DNA of 64,000 bases from Nitrosopumilaceae archaeon (lineage in GTDB: Archaea > Thermoproteota > Nitrososphaeria > Nitrososphaerales > Nitrosopumilaceae), in contig OZ242376.1 of assembly GCA_965209085.1 (NCBI GenBank), positions 896,001-960,000 on the forward strand, read 5' to 3'. The first letter of the stretch is position 1; each line of letters opens with the position of its first letter. Under the pieces are notes generated by a model. It was not told the origin of the DNA and ran no database searches. It saw nothing but the letters and a program-made list of their open reading frames with translations. The translations under genes and the position numbers were made by a program. Positions 21,079 through 31,325 of the stretch are shown in pieces.

Positions 21079-21303
21079 TCAATCAGAATGAACCTCTACC
21101 ATTGTTTCAGTACGTTCAACACCCACCATTTTTTGTATTTTTGTGGCAACATCCTTTATTTTGAAGAGATCGTCAACTTCGATTCGAACTACTGCGTCAA
21201 ATTGACCGCTTACAGGAAATGATTCAAAAATTTGATCAATTTTGCCAAGTTTTGCGGCAATTAACTTTTTTGACGATTTTACTAAAATTATGGCCCTTAC
21301 CAT
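21079..21303 (-). CDS. stand-alone Lrp/AsnC ligand-binding (RAM) domain
   Basis: VSGQFDAVV...GVERTETM pattern. Confidence 0.85.
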   Translation of the reverse strand: MVRAIILVKSSKKLIAAKLGKIDQIFESFPVSGQFDAVVRIEVDDLFKIKDVATKIQKMVGVERTETMVEVHSD

Positions 21304-21536
21304 CCCAAATCTACCTCTATCTCTGTAAGAGTTTCTGTCGATGAAATATCTTTTATTTTTTTGTAATCGATAACTGCCCCATTTATCTCATTTAGCGTTC
21401 CTTTGAGAAATATGCAGATGTCTGCCCTGCCGGTTACAATTGTAACATTTTTTTCCGCCTTGCGTTTCTTTTTTATCATCGCTACAGTTGAATCAACTTT
21501 GCCGGGTTTTGTTGTAACAAGACAAATAGCTCTCAT
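21297..21536 (-). CDS. stand-alone Lrp/AsnC ligand-binding (RAM) domain
   Basis: VTGRADI...DISSTETL pattern. Confidence 0.85.
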   Translation of the reverse strand: MRAICLVTTKPGKVDSTVAMIKKKRKAEKNVTIVTGRADICIFLKGTLNEINGAVIDYKKIKDISSTETLTEIEVDLGW

Positions 21537-21699
21537 ACGTTGTATAATGTCTCCTTACAAATAAAACTTTTGCCCTTATCTGGTCATATTATCCCCATTC
21601 TAAATTAATGTCAAATTTTGCACAATATTGGACAATATTTAAGATATTTTCTCGAATACAGTTTACACATTATTGGACATTAGACCTTATGCATAATTA

Positions 21700-23136
21700 T
21701 AGGTCATATCACAACCTGCCTAATTCTGACATTTTGACTAAAACGATATTAAAATATCCAAGTTGGCGACAATTTTGATTCCATAGATTTAGATCATCCC
21801 ACAAAGTGGACGAATTATGAGAAACACCCACGGAGATGATCCACTATGAGTAGAAAGCACTGTGTAATAAAAATATCGAATGCAGAAACCAAAGAGGCGG
21901 ATAAAAAAAGAATTGCCGAGAAAAACCTGAAAAGCCGTGCTGCATCCATGCTGTTTGGCCATCTGAGCCAGTTTGCAGTCCCAAAAGAATACAAAAAAGA
22001 ACTCAAATGCATGAACAAATGTAAGAACGGCAGACGTTACATGTATCCGGACAAGCTTTTTTGGGTATTATCGGTAATCCAAGCGTGCACAAGTTACTCA
22101 AGCTGCACTATTGAAGGGATGGTTAGAAAAGTAATGGATGATGCATCTCCATCTAGCAGTACGATATACAAACGCATACAGAGATTGGACATTTCTGATA
22201 ACGGATTGGAAAAGATGGCCCGCATGTGTGGTCTCTTTAAAAACACTTGATCCGACAAGGCGCATGAACGGACAGCCTACGATGCTCATCTCTATTGATT
22301 CAAGCGGACTGAAACTATCAAAACTTGGATCATGGATAAAAGAAAAATGGGGCATATCAAGTCCGTTTCTAAAACTGCATCTTGTCATAAACGTAGAAAC
22401 GCTTGAAATACTCGATTTTAAGATAACAAAAAGCAACAAGGGGGATGCATCACAGTTTCCACAGATGATAAGAAAGGCACGCAAAAAGATCAGATGGCAG
22501 CTTGCGCACATGATATCTGAGATGGATTCAACTGAAGAGACTGCCAAATACAAAAACACAATGATGAAAATTCTTGGCGATGGGGCATACGGTACAAAAG
22601 AAAATTACAACGTGTGTGACAAACTTTGCATGTCTGGTCTGTTAAAGGTGCGTATCAATTCAGCACTGTCAGGCGGCAGTCATGAACGCAATACGGCGGT
22701 GCGAGATCAGCTTGGAGGAGATGCAAGCAAGCGTACAATGGATGATGTTTCAATACAAAAACGAAAGGAAAATCTGAAAAAATGGAAAAAAGATATAGAG
22801 TATGGAAAAAGATGGCACTCTGAAATTGTTTTTGCAATATTCAAAGAAAGGTTTGGAGAACATGTACGATCAAGACATATGAAAAACATAAAGCAAGAAA
22901 TTGGCATGAAAATCCTAGTGTACAATTTGTTAATATGTGCCGTACACTGACACAAACTGCAATAAGCCTAGCGGACGCTGTATGCAGATGTGTGAATTTT
23001 GGAAGATTTTTGTGTAAAATTACGGTTTGATAACAAATGGGTCCGGATATCGATGACAGATGTGTGTTTTTGAAATATTTACTGTCATTTTGGATGGAAT
23101 TTCCAATAGAATTTTCAATAGTTGTGACATGACCTA
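21700..23136 (+). mobile_element. nested IS5-family (IS903/ISH1-like) element
   Basis: TIR taggtcatatcacaac / gttgtgacatgaccta (15/16); 8-bp TSD cataatta at 21692-21699 and 23137-23144. Confidence 0.9.
21846..22950 (+). pseudogene. IS5-family transposase, frameshifted near 22240
   Basis: Two overlapping ORFs (21846-22250, 22138-22950) with IDSSG, KLHL, GDGAY and RWHSEIVF motifs. Confidence 0.85.
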
Positions 23137-23159
23137 CATAATTAACCAAAAAATCAATT

Positions 23160-24314
23160 TTGACAAATCGAAAGATCTATGATCTAGTATCACATTCGTA
23201 CAGCATGTGTGCCCCAGACAAGCGTATAATCGCCCAGCAAACAGAGATGATCTCCAAGCTTGAAGCAGAAATTCAACACTACAAAAAAACGATACATGAT
23301 AATGAGGTCGAAAAGCAACAATCTGCCTACGAATATTTGAACCACATAATTGATGATGACAATTATTTGTACGGGACGACTGGAATGAACCGTGAAGAGT
23401 TTGAATGGATTCTAGAACGGTTCGAAAAAGTTATCGAATATTCGCCCAAGGCCCCCCGCTTTTCAGATTATGTCGACGATCCTGGAAACACCTGTATTCT
23501 CACTGCATCTCAAATTTTGTTTGTCACACTGTGCCGCAAACGCAACAATCCTAAACAGGAATTGCTTGCGGCCATTGCAGGCGTTGATCAGAGCACCATC
23601 AGCAGATATCTGACCTTTTCTGATGAATTGTTGATGAATATTCTTCCAACGGCTAAGAATATTGGTGCTGCAATACGGACAATACGTACAAGCGAGTTGT
23701 TTAAAAAATTCGTACCCGGCAGAGGCGGCGGCGAGCTGTATCTTGATGCCACGTTTGTACAGGTTCAAAGACCGCAGGAAAACCAAGAGGTAGTATACTC
23801 TGGAAAGCGTAAGAGGCACGTCTACAACGTACAGATAACCTCAAACAAAGACGGGTTGGTACTTGACATTGGCGGACCTGAAGATGGCTCAATACATGAC
23901 ATGGATGTACTGCGGCGTAATCCGCCAAATTTTGGCAAATGGACCGATGGCATGAAAAACTCTGATACAAAAAAAGAGCGCCAAATTATGCTATATACTG
24001 ACAAGGGATATCTGTCCGTGGAAAAAGACTATCGGGGCATTATCTCAAAGCAGCCGTACAAAAAACCAAAGGGTAAGGGGCTGACAGAGACGGAACGAGA
24101 ATACAGCAAGAGAATCAGTCGTAAGCGCATAAAAGTAGAGCATGCCATAAACTGGCTCAAATGGTTCCGCAGAATGAGTGCCGTATATGATGATACAATG
24201 GATGCGTTTTATACAGAAATCCAAGTGGTTACAGGACTGACCAATCTGCACATCATGTTAAAGGATCGCAAGTATATCGAACCGTTGGAAAAAGTTTGCG
24301 CTCAAATCAAGTAG
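23160..24314 (+). CDS. DDE_Tnp_4 transposase, apparently intact
   Basis: HTH (VDQSTISRY), LDAT, YSGKRKRH, HD, DKGY and RIKVEHAI motifs. Confidence 0.9.
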   Translation: MTNRKIYDLVSHSYSMCAPDKRIIAQQTEMISKLEAEIQHYKKTIHDNEVEKQQSAYEYLNHIIDDDNYLYGTTGMNREEFEWILERFEKVIEYSPKAPRFSDYVDDPGNTCILTASQILFVTLCRKRNNPKQELLAAIAGVDQSTISRYLTFSDELLMNILPTAKNIGAAIRTIRTSELFKKFVPGRGGGELYLDATFVQVQRPQENQEVVYSGKRKRHVYNVQITSNKDGLVLDIGGPEDGSIHDMDVLRRNPPNFGKWTDGMKNSDTKKERQIMLYTDKGYLSVEKDYRGIISKQPYKKPKGKGLTETEREYSKRISRKRIKVEHAINWLKWFRRMSAVYDDTMDAFYTEIQVVTGLTNLHIMLKDRKYIEPLEKVCAQIK

Positions 24315-24514
24315 CACATCTTTGTGCATACAGTCACGCATAATATTCTGCTTTTTGTCATGCATATGATATTTTGATTTATTTTGTTGTCTGCTTGAAG
24401 GTTTTAGGCCATGTGTACTTTGATCATGACAGCGTCATAGTCGGAATCGTATGTCTCAGGGATTGATTATGCATAAACTCTATTATCATAAAAAAATAAC
24501 GTATGTGTTGATGT

Positions 24515-24820
24515 TTATTCTGACGCGTCTTGTGATCGATGCTCTTCCAAATATGCTTTCCGCATTTCGTTATCCTGCGTCTTGTCAAATATAATGTCAT
24601 CTTCCACTATAACAATACATCCATCTGAAGGAAGATTGTCAGTTGATGGTTTTTTCTTGGAAGGTTTTTTCACGTTTGATTTTTTGATCGGTTTTTTGAC
24701 TGCGGATGTTTTCTTTCCTACAGTTTTTTGTACCGTTTTCTTTTCTACCGTTTTCCCCCCTATGGGTTTTCCACCAACAGGTTTCTTTTCCACTGTTTTT
24801 TTCTTTTGATCCATAGCCAT
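24515..24820 (-). CDS. Lys-rich hypothetical protein
   Basis: Repeated KKT/KKP pentapeptides followed by an acidic tail ...RKAYLEEHRSQD. Confidence 0.7.
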   Translation of the reverse strand: MAMDQKKKTVEKKPVGGKPIGGKTVEKKTVQKTVGKKTSAVKKPIKKSNVKKPSKKKPSTDNLPSDGCIVIVEDDIIFDKTQDNEMRKAYLEEHRSQDASE

Positions 24821-24994
24821 AAATCGTTAAAACACACAAAACCGTATAAATAAAGATTTTGTAGTGAAAAATTCTTGCAAAATATGGAGTTGATCGATAC
24901 AATAATCCCGCACGTTTGGGCATTTTAGGCGTATTTTATGCCTATAAAAGAAGGATTTAGCACAAGTCAAATATGACATGATATTTGTTACCAT

Positions 24995-26209
24995 GTGATA
25001 CTGACTTTTGATGACGTGATAAAGGCACAAAAGATCCTAAAAGATAATGCGGATATTCGAAAAACTCAGCTCGTATTTTCGCCCATATTCAGCAAATTAA
25101 CGGGATCTAAAGTTTACCTAAAACAGGAATTTCAGCAAAAAACTGGATCGTTTAAAATCCGCGGGGCATATTATAAAATAAAATCACTCTCCGATGATGA
25201 AAGGAAAAAAGGCGTAGTTGCAGCATCAGCTGGAAACCATGGTCAAGGCGTAGCATTTGCAGCATCTGCTGAAAACATACCGTGTACGATTGTAATGCCC
25301 AAAGCGGCATCACCTGCAAAAGTTTCAGCTACGAAAGGATACGGGGCAACTGTAATTCTAGATGGCTACAGTTATGATGATGCATGGAATACTGCAAAAA
25401 AAATAGCATTAGAAACTGGTGCCACCATAATACATGCATTTGATGATCCCCAAATTATGGCAGCCCAGGGAGTAATTGGACTTGAAATCATGGATGATTT
25501 GCACGACGTACAGGAAATTTATGTTCCAATAGGTGGTGGAGGTTTGGCAGCTGGCATACTTGTTGCAGTAAAAGAAAAAAATCCAAATGTCCGTATAATC
25601 GGAGTTCAATCCGAATCGTATCCGGCAATGAAAAAATCACTGGAATCATCATCGCTGCAGACACATGTTGGAAAAAGAACAATAGCGGACGGTGTAGCTG
25701 TAAGCAAACCTGGGGAGAAAACGTATCAAATCATAAGGGAACTGATTGATGAAATTGTCACCGTAAATGATGAACAGATTGTAAAGACAATGTTTCTTCT
25801 TATGGAGAGGGCAAAATCTGTTGTGGAACCGGCAGGAGCGATAAGTTTGGCATATCCTCTTGCGGTAAAACCATCCCCTGGGAAAAAAATTGTATGTGTA
25901 CTTGCGGGTGGAAATGTGGACATGTATTTGCTTGGACAAATAGTGGACAAAGGCCTGGTTCACATGGGACGCCTGATTAGAATAACAGTCTTACTTCCAG
26001 ATAGACCCGGTGCGTTTAAAGACGTAGTTGATGCAATAACGTACTCGAGTGCAAACATTGTCGAAGTCGTTCATGATCGATTTAGCTCCAAAATAAATGT
26101 CGGCTCTGCAGGAGTAACGCTTAGTCTTGAAATGCAGGGACCGCATGATGCAAAAAAACTGCTTGAACGGTTAAAATCTAAAGAGATACAGTTTGAGATT
26201 TTGACATAG
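24995..26209 (+). CDS. ilvA: threonine ammonia-lyase with ACT domain
   Basis: QKTGSFKIRGA, SAGNHGQG and GGGGL motifs; C-terminal PDRPG ACT domain. Confidence 0.95.
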   Translation: MILTFDDVIKAQKILKDNADIRKTQLVFSPIFSKLTGSKVYLKQEFQQKTGSFKIRGAYYKIKSLSDDERKKGVVAASAGNHGQGVAFAASAENIPCTIVMPKAASPAKVSATKGYGATVILDGYSYDDAWNTAKKIALETGATIIHAFDDPQIMAAQGVIGLEIMDDLHDVQEIYVPIGGGGLAAGILVAVKEKNPNVRIIGVQSESYPAMKKSLESSSLQTHVGKRTIADGVAVSKPGEKTYQIIRELIDEIVTVNDEQIVKTMFLLMERAKSVVEPAGAISLAYPLAVKPSPGKKIVCVLAGGNVDMYLLGQIVDKGLVHMGRLIRITVLLPDRPGAFKDVVDAITYSSANIVEVVHDRFSSKINVGSAGVTLSLEMQGPHDAKKLLERLKSKEIQFEILT

Positions 26210-27346
26210 GTGTGTAATTTGGCTGTAATTCTTGGCATTATTGGTGGCGGGCAGCTTGGAATGATGCTTGCAGAAGCTGCAAAAAACATGCCAAATGAGA
26301 TATCCAAAGTAGTGGTACTGGATCCCATACGTGGGTGTCCTGCCACACAGACTGGCGCCTCTCAAATAGTGGCTGATTTTGAAAACCGCGACGCAATAAA
26401 AGAACTGGTTGAAAAATCCGACATTATAACATATGAGATAGAATCCGGGAATGCTGATACGTTAGAATCTATTTCTAATATGGCGCAAATAAACCCATCA
26501 CCGTCTACGTTGCGTACTCTACAAGATAAATACATTCAAAAACAATTTTTGAGCAAACATGGCATACCTGTTGGAGAATTTTCACATATTAGTTCAGCGA
26601 ATGATGTATTCACAAAAGCAAAAGAATTTGGTTTTCCTTTTCTGTTAAAGGCAAGACGCGGAGCGTATGATGGACGGGGTAATTATCTTGTAGATTCAGA
26701 ATCGGGTATAAACAAGGCGTACGAATACTTTGCAGGAAAACCAGTATACATTGAACGCTACATAGATTTTGATGCAGAAGTATCTGTTATTGCCGCCAGA
26801 AATACAAAAGGGCAGATAAAATCGTATCCGTTGGTTGAAAATATCCATAAAGATGGAATACTGCGCACCACTATTGCTCCGGCAAGAATGAGTTTGGATG
26901 TTATGCAAAGTGCTGAAAAAATATCACGTGCCGTGATGGAAAATCTTGGCGGTGCGGGGGTATTTGGAATTGAAATGTTTGCAACTTCTGGAAAAATATT
27001 GGTGAATGAAATTGCACCCCGTGTACACAATTCCGGACATCACACATTACAATCTAGCGCAACAACACAGTTTGAACAACATCTTAGAGCAATACTGGGA
27101 TTGGATCTTGGAGACACAAAGCTTTTACATCCGACAGTCATGCACAACATACTTGGCCCTAAATCATTTTCCGGTCAATATACGTACGATAAAATTGTAG
27201 GCGATGGTATACATTTGAAAATGTATGGAAAATCCGAATCCAGACCACTTCGCAAGCTTGGACACGTTAACATAATTAAAACAGACATGCACCCGGATCC
27301 AATTATGCGTGTAAAATCTTGGAATGTGACTGTAAAACCCATCTAG
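26210..27346 (+). CDS. purK: N5-CAIR synthase
   Basis: GGGQLG, YDGRGN, NEIAPRVHNSGH and RKLGH motifs. Confidence 0.96.
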   Translation: MCNLAVILGIIGGGQLGMMLAEAAKNMPNEISKVVVLDPIRGCPATQTGASQIVADFENRDAIKELVEKSDIITYEIESGNADTLESISNMAQINPSPSTLRTLQDKYIQKQFLSKHGIPVGEFSHISSANDVFTKAKEFGFPFLLKARRGAYDGRGNYLVDSESGINKAYEYFAGKPVYIERYIDFDAEVSVIAARNTKGQIKSYPLVENIHKDGILRTTIAPARMSLDVMQSAEKISRAVMENLGGAGVFGIEMFATSGKILVNEIAPRVHNSGHHTLQSSATTQFEQHLRAILGLDLGDTKLLHPTVMHNILGPKSFSGQYTYDKIVGDGIHLKMYGKSESRPLRKLGHVNIIKTDMHPDPIMRVKSWNVTVKPI

Positions 27347-27360
27347 TTTTAACGTAATAG

Positions 27361-27437
27361 TGGTGCCAGGGGCGGGACTTGAACGCGCGACAGCTCGGTC
27401 TTCAGCCGAGTGCTCTCCCAGGCTGAGCTACCCTGGC
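27361..27437 (-). tRNA. tRNA-Phe(GAA), CCA encoded, no intron
   Basis: GCCAGGGTAGCTCAGCCTGGGAGAGCACTCGGCTGAAGACCGAGCTGTCGCGCGTTCAAGTCCCGCCCCTGGCACCA folds as a cloverleaf. Confidence 0.96.
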
Positions 27438-27597
27438 ACTGGAGAAAATTTACGATAGGCAGTTAAAGTATGTTTTGTGTATTTTATGCATACATGATAT
27501 TTCATGTTGCAAATCAAATCCAATGTACAAACGTATGGACATCTTGTATAAAACGCACATCTGATTAATAACGGCTAACGTATAACGTTGGGTAAGA

Positions 27598-28137
27598 ATG
27601 GACAAATTTCTTCGTATGGTTGCAGGTCTTAAAAAAATACCGCGTCAGGGATGGATAGACAAAGCTGGAATATTGAATCCAGAATCCGTGGCTGATCATT
27701 CATACTCAATGGCAGTGATGGCCATGTTGTTTGGAGATACTGCCGGAATTGATGCGTGTAAAATGATTCGAATGTCGCTGTTGCATGATTTAGCAGAGTC
27801 AATAACCGGGGATCTTACGCCAGAAATGGCCACAGTTGGGAACAAACTTGCCATGGAAACGGATGCAATTGAAAAGATAACTAGTACTCTTCCGGAACAT
27901 TTGCGTAAAAAATATCGTGCACTTTGGGACGAATACTCTGCCCAAAAAAGTGCAGAATCCGTGCTTGTGCACGAGGTTGATAAATTGGACATGGCGTTAC
28001 AGGCAAGCATATACGCAAAAGACGGCGCATCATCGTCTAAAAATTTGCAGGTATTCATTGACTCTGCAAAAAAATCTATAACCAACCAAGAAATAAAATC
28101 AATGCTAGAATTGTTTTTGAAAAAAGACCAACACTAA
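27598..28137 (+). CDS. HD-domain phosphohydrolase (YfbR/HDDC2-like)
   Basis: RQGW, ESVADHS, LLHDLAE and DKLD motifs. Confidence 0.92.
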   Translation: MDKFLRMVAGLKKIPRQGWIDKAGILNPESVADHSYSMAVMAMLFGDTAGIDACKMIRMSLLHDLAESITGDLTPEMATVGNKLAMETDAIEKITSTLPEHLRKKYRALWDEYSAQKSAESVLVHEVDKLDMALQASIYAKDGASSSKNLQVFIDSAKKSITNQEIKSMLELFLKKDQH

Positions 28138-28433
28138 TTGCCACATCCGCACGAATCTTCTTTTATTACATGTAAATTGTCGGATTGTTCATGACGGGAT
28201 TGGACATAATTGGCAATGTTTGCAATTCTTGCCCGAATTTTGGCATTTTTCCAGCTTCCTTCGCATTCAAGCCAGGAATTAATCTCATCTACATCATAAT
28301 ATTTGCCACTGCGTACGATTTCAACAAATATGGATTTTACATATTCTGTATTGGCATCATCAAGTATAGATTTGTCGTTGACCATCATGGTCATCTCGTT
28401 TAATTTTTCTATTGTGACATTATCCAAAGGCAT
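28134..28433 (-). CDS. hypothetical protein
   Basis: ORF with probable start MPLD at 28433; ends CGCGN. Confidence 0.7.
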   Translation of the reverse strand: MPLDNVTIEKLNEMTMMVNDKSILDDANTEYVKSIFVEIVRSGKYYDVDEINSWLECEGSWKNAKIRARIANIANYVQSRHEQSDNLHVIKEDSCGCGN

Positions 28434-28517
28434 GATGTTGACCCACAGCATGTGAATATAACCTCTTGGCACATCATATGCATAATGATTTTTATAATTA
28501 TCCAAGATTAGTACCAT

Positions 28518-28865
28518 ATGCAGTATTTTAGTGCTTTAAAAGCTGGACAAAAAAGAGTCGCGGTTGCTAGAGAATATTTGAACAAAGTATGCGGCGGCAA
28601 TGCCATGCCCGCATTGGCACTTGCCAATGATACCACAAACGGGTGGATTCCGGTGGGTGAAGAAATGCTGTATGCGGTGGTGGATGAATCCTCAGGTTTT
28701 GTGCTTACAGATTCAAGCGGGTATATTGTTAGTATCGTGGATTCTGCTGGAATCTCAAAGGCATTAATTCAGGGAATCACGCATAAGCAAAAAGAAACCA
28801 TGACCATCGCGTTTGAATCAGATGGCATATTAAAATACAATGGCAAAGTGACACTGCCGGTTTAG
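28518..28865 (+). CDS. conserved hypothetical protein
   Basis: 115-aa ORF MQYFSALKAGQKRV... Confidence 0.75.
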   Translation: MQYFSALKAGQKRVAVAREYLNKVCGGNAMPALALANDTTNGWIPVGEEMLYAVVDESSGFVLTDSSGYIVSIVDSAGISKALIQGITHKQKETMTIAFESDGILKYNGKVTLPV

Positions 28866-28912
28866 CCTTGTAAATGTAAAGATTTACTTATGTGTTGCCG
28901 GATTTTTCACAT

Positions 28913-30139
28913 ATGGCTAGAAAATTCTCACAAGAGATAGAAGTTACAGGGCATTTGGTAGACTCGCTGATCCTCTCCAAAATATTCAACATTATCATAG
29001 ATATTGGAGGCGAATTTGAAGTTTTAGAGATGAATATTGGAAAGAAAAAACATGATAAAAGTTATGCAAGACTGCAGGTTTTGGGGAAAAATAAAAACCA
29101 GTTGAGTAAAATATTGGAACTTGTATACAGGGAAGGTGCCTCATCAAAACTTCAATCCGGCGTAAAACTAAAACCTGCACCAAATAATATGGTATTGCCA
29201 AAGGATTTTTACAGCACAACCAACAATAACACAAAAATATATCTTGATAAAAAATGGATCAACGTACAAAACACAATGATGGACAAATGCATCATCGTTA
29301 AAGACTCAACTGCAGCATGCGTTGCAATACGTGATGTCCGACGCGGAGATCTTATCGTGGTGGGAGAAACAGGAATAAACGTAACATCTCCTGTAAGACC
29401 CCGTGAAGGTACCGACATATTTGAATTCATGGGAAGCGGGGGTTCAAGTGAGAGGCCAACACAACATATTGCAAAAAATCTTGCAAAAGACATTGTAGCC
29501 ATTAAAAAATCAGGCGGTAAAGTGGTGCTAGTTGGAGGTCCTGCAATAGTGCATACAGGTGCTGCTGATGCTGTGGCAGATCTGATAAAACATGGGTATA
29601 TTGGAGCCGTTTTAGCCGGTAATGCGCTTGCAGTTCATGACATAGAATACGCCACAATTGGTACATCGCTTGGTATGAATATAAAAGACGGCACGCTTGC
29701 AGTAAAAGGTCATCGTAACCACATGGACGTTGTAAATGCAGTATTTGCATCCGGTTCCATAAAAAATATGGTAAACAAAGGAAAGCTCAAAAAAGGAATA
29801 ATGTACGAATGCATCAAACGTAAAATTCCTGTTGTTCTAGCCGGTTCCATCAGAGACGACGGACCTCTCCCGGATGTCATAACAGATGTGGTAGAGGCGC
29901 AAAAAATGTATAAAAAAGTACTCAAAGGTGCAAAAATGGTAATGATGGTGTCCACAATGCTTCATTCAATTGCAACTGGAAACATGCTTCCTGCAGACGT
30001 CAAGGTGATTATAGTGGACATAAACCAACCAACTGTGACAAAACTGATGGATCGTGGAACATGGCAAGCTCTTGGCATAGTGACAGATGTGGGGGCATTC
30101 ATGCCGATGCTTGCAGAACAAATTAGAAAAAAGAAATAG
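28913..30139 (+). CDS. TIGR00300-type ornithine cyclodeaminase (LOR/SDH-like domain)
   Basis: GHLVDS, FEFM.SGGSSERP, GNALAVHDIE and AGSIRDDGPLP motifs. Confidence 0.88.
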   Translation: MARKFSQEIEVTGHLVDSLILSKIFNIIIDIGGEFEVLEMNIGKKKHDKSYARLQVLGKNKNQLSKILELVYREGASSKLQSGVKLKPAPNNMVLPKDFYSTTNNNTKIYLDKKWINVQNTMMDKCIIVKDSTAACVAIRDVRRGDLIVVGETGINVTSPVRPREGTDIFEFMGSGGSSERPTQHIAKNLAKDIVAIKKSGGKVVLVGGPAIVHTGAADAVADLIKHGYIGAVLAGNALAVHDIEYATIGTSLGMNIKDGTLAVKGHRNHMDVVNAVFASGSIKNMVNKGKLKKGIMYECIKRKIPVVLAGSIRDDGPLPDVITDVVEAQKMYKKVLKGAKMVMMVSTMLHSIATGNMLPADVKVIIVDINQPTVTKLMDRGTWQALGIVTDVGAFMPMLAEQIRKKK

Positions 30140-30214
30140 GGTGTAAACTGGTTATGCCGTCTTTGGAAAATTCATCAATGAAGACTTATTAATACAAATT
30201 TGAAATATTGCAAT

Positions 30215-30604
30215 ATGGCTTTAAAGGCTGCAATAATAATGGTATCAATATCAATCGTACTGCTTGCCGTGTACGGTGCCGATGTTGCAGTTTTGTATGC
30301 TAGTGATGACAAAGTCGGATTTTTGCCATTTGATCACATGATCAGGGGAATTGGGTTGGGAATGCCCGCGCTTATTCTTCCGTTTATTTCATTTTTCATT
30401 GCAAGAAAAGATGCATCAAAAATACTTGGAGCGCTCTTGATTGTTTCTGCAATTTTAATCATATCTGGAGGAGTTGTCATTTTAGGCATGGATCCTGAAT
30501 CCTCATCTAACTCTGTGAGAAACCCTGCAATGGAGGCAATACCGCTTATCATACCTGGCATAATCATAGTCGTGCTGGGTGCAATAAAGTTAAAACAATC
30601 ATAA
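30215..30604 (+). CDS. membrane protein
   Basis: Four hydrophobic segments. Confidence 0.75.
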   Translation: MALKAAIIMVSISIVLLAVYGADVAVLYASDDKVGFLPFDHMIRGIGLGMPALILPFISFFIARKDASKILGALLIVSAILIISGGVVILGMDPESSSNSVRNPAMEAIPLIIPGIIIVVLGAIKLKQS

Positions 30605-30619
30605 CTTTAATGCATTCAT

Positions 30620-30748
30620 ATGGCAACATTATGTGTAAAATGCGGCACTAGTACTGAAAAACCCCACGATTGCGAACATACGGATGAGCAGCCTTTCTGC
30701 ACCGAATGTTATACGGAACTGCATTACTATATGACAGAGTCTGAATAA
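30620..30748 (+). CDS. 42-aa Zn-finger microprotein
   Basis: Manual translation MATLCVKCGTSTEKPHDCEHTDEQPFCTECYTELHYYMTESE; fills the gap and stops 1 nt before dedA. Confidence 0.75.
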   Translation: MATLCVKCGTSTEKPHDCEHTDEQPFCTECYTELHYYMTESE

Positions 30749-30749
30749 A

Positions 30750-31280
30750 ATGAATCCAATTGAACAGATAATCCAATGGGTGATTGAATTTATAAACGGA
30801 GAAACATTGTATGCTGGAGTGTTTCTTGCATCACTGATTGAAACCGTTTTTCCGCCAATACCCACGCTTGCCATATTCCCACTGGCAGGATTTATCGCAT
30901 CACAAAATGGCATCGACCTTGCCGGAACTGTACTGCTGGGCATAACGGGGGGGATTGGCGCATCAATTGGCTCCACAATCATCTATGTTGTATCATGGAA
31001 ACTAGGCCGTAATGTAATATTGCGTTATTTGCACAAGATACGAATCCGTGAATCATCTGTAATCCGGGCTGAAAAATGGTTTGAGCAATACGGCGATAAG
31101 ATTGTACTCTTTGGCAGAATGGTGCCGGTAATTCGTGAGCTTGTATCAATACCTGCCGGAATTTTAAAAATGAATCCATTAAAATTCATATTTTACACGT
31201 TTATCGGCTCTTGCGTCTGGAGCATAGGCATAATTTTGGCAGGATATTATTTTGGCTCATCAGTATTCAGTAACATGTAA
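30750..31280 (+). CDS. DedA family membrane protein
   Basis: ETVFPPIP and FGRMVPVIR..SIPAG motifs. Confidence 0.92.
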   Translation: MNPIEQIIQWVIEFINGETLYAGVFLASLIETVFPPIPTLAIFPLAGFIASQNGIDLAGTVLLGITGGIGASIGSTIIYVVSWKLGRNVILRYLHKIRIRESSVIRAEKWFEQYGDKIVLFGRMVPVIRELVSIPAGILKMNPLKFIFYTFIGSCVWSIGIILAGYYFGSSVFSNM

Positions 31281-31325
31281 GATATTAGCGAAAAGTTGAA
31301 TTGTAGGGATAATGCTTGTAGATTT

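Larger units (their letters stand above)
21683..24480 (+). mobile_element. ISL2-like (IS5 superfamily, DDE_Tnp_4) element carrying a nested IS
   Basis: TIR gaccttatgcataat / attatgcataaactc, flanked by TA on both sides. Confidence 0.8.

Noticed and set aside
22220-22250. Programmed -1 frameshift in the nested IS5 transposase
   Set aside because: The two ORFs are offset by +1 rather than -1, so an inactivating indel is more likely.
27340-27480. Integrated element at tRNA-Phe
   Set aside because: No integrase and no duplicated tRNA 3' end seen; flanks are core genes.
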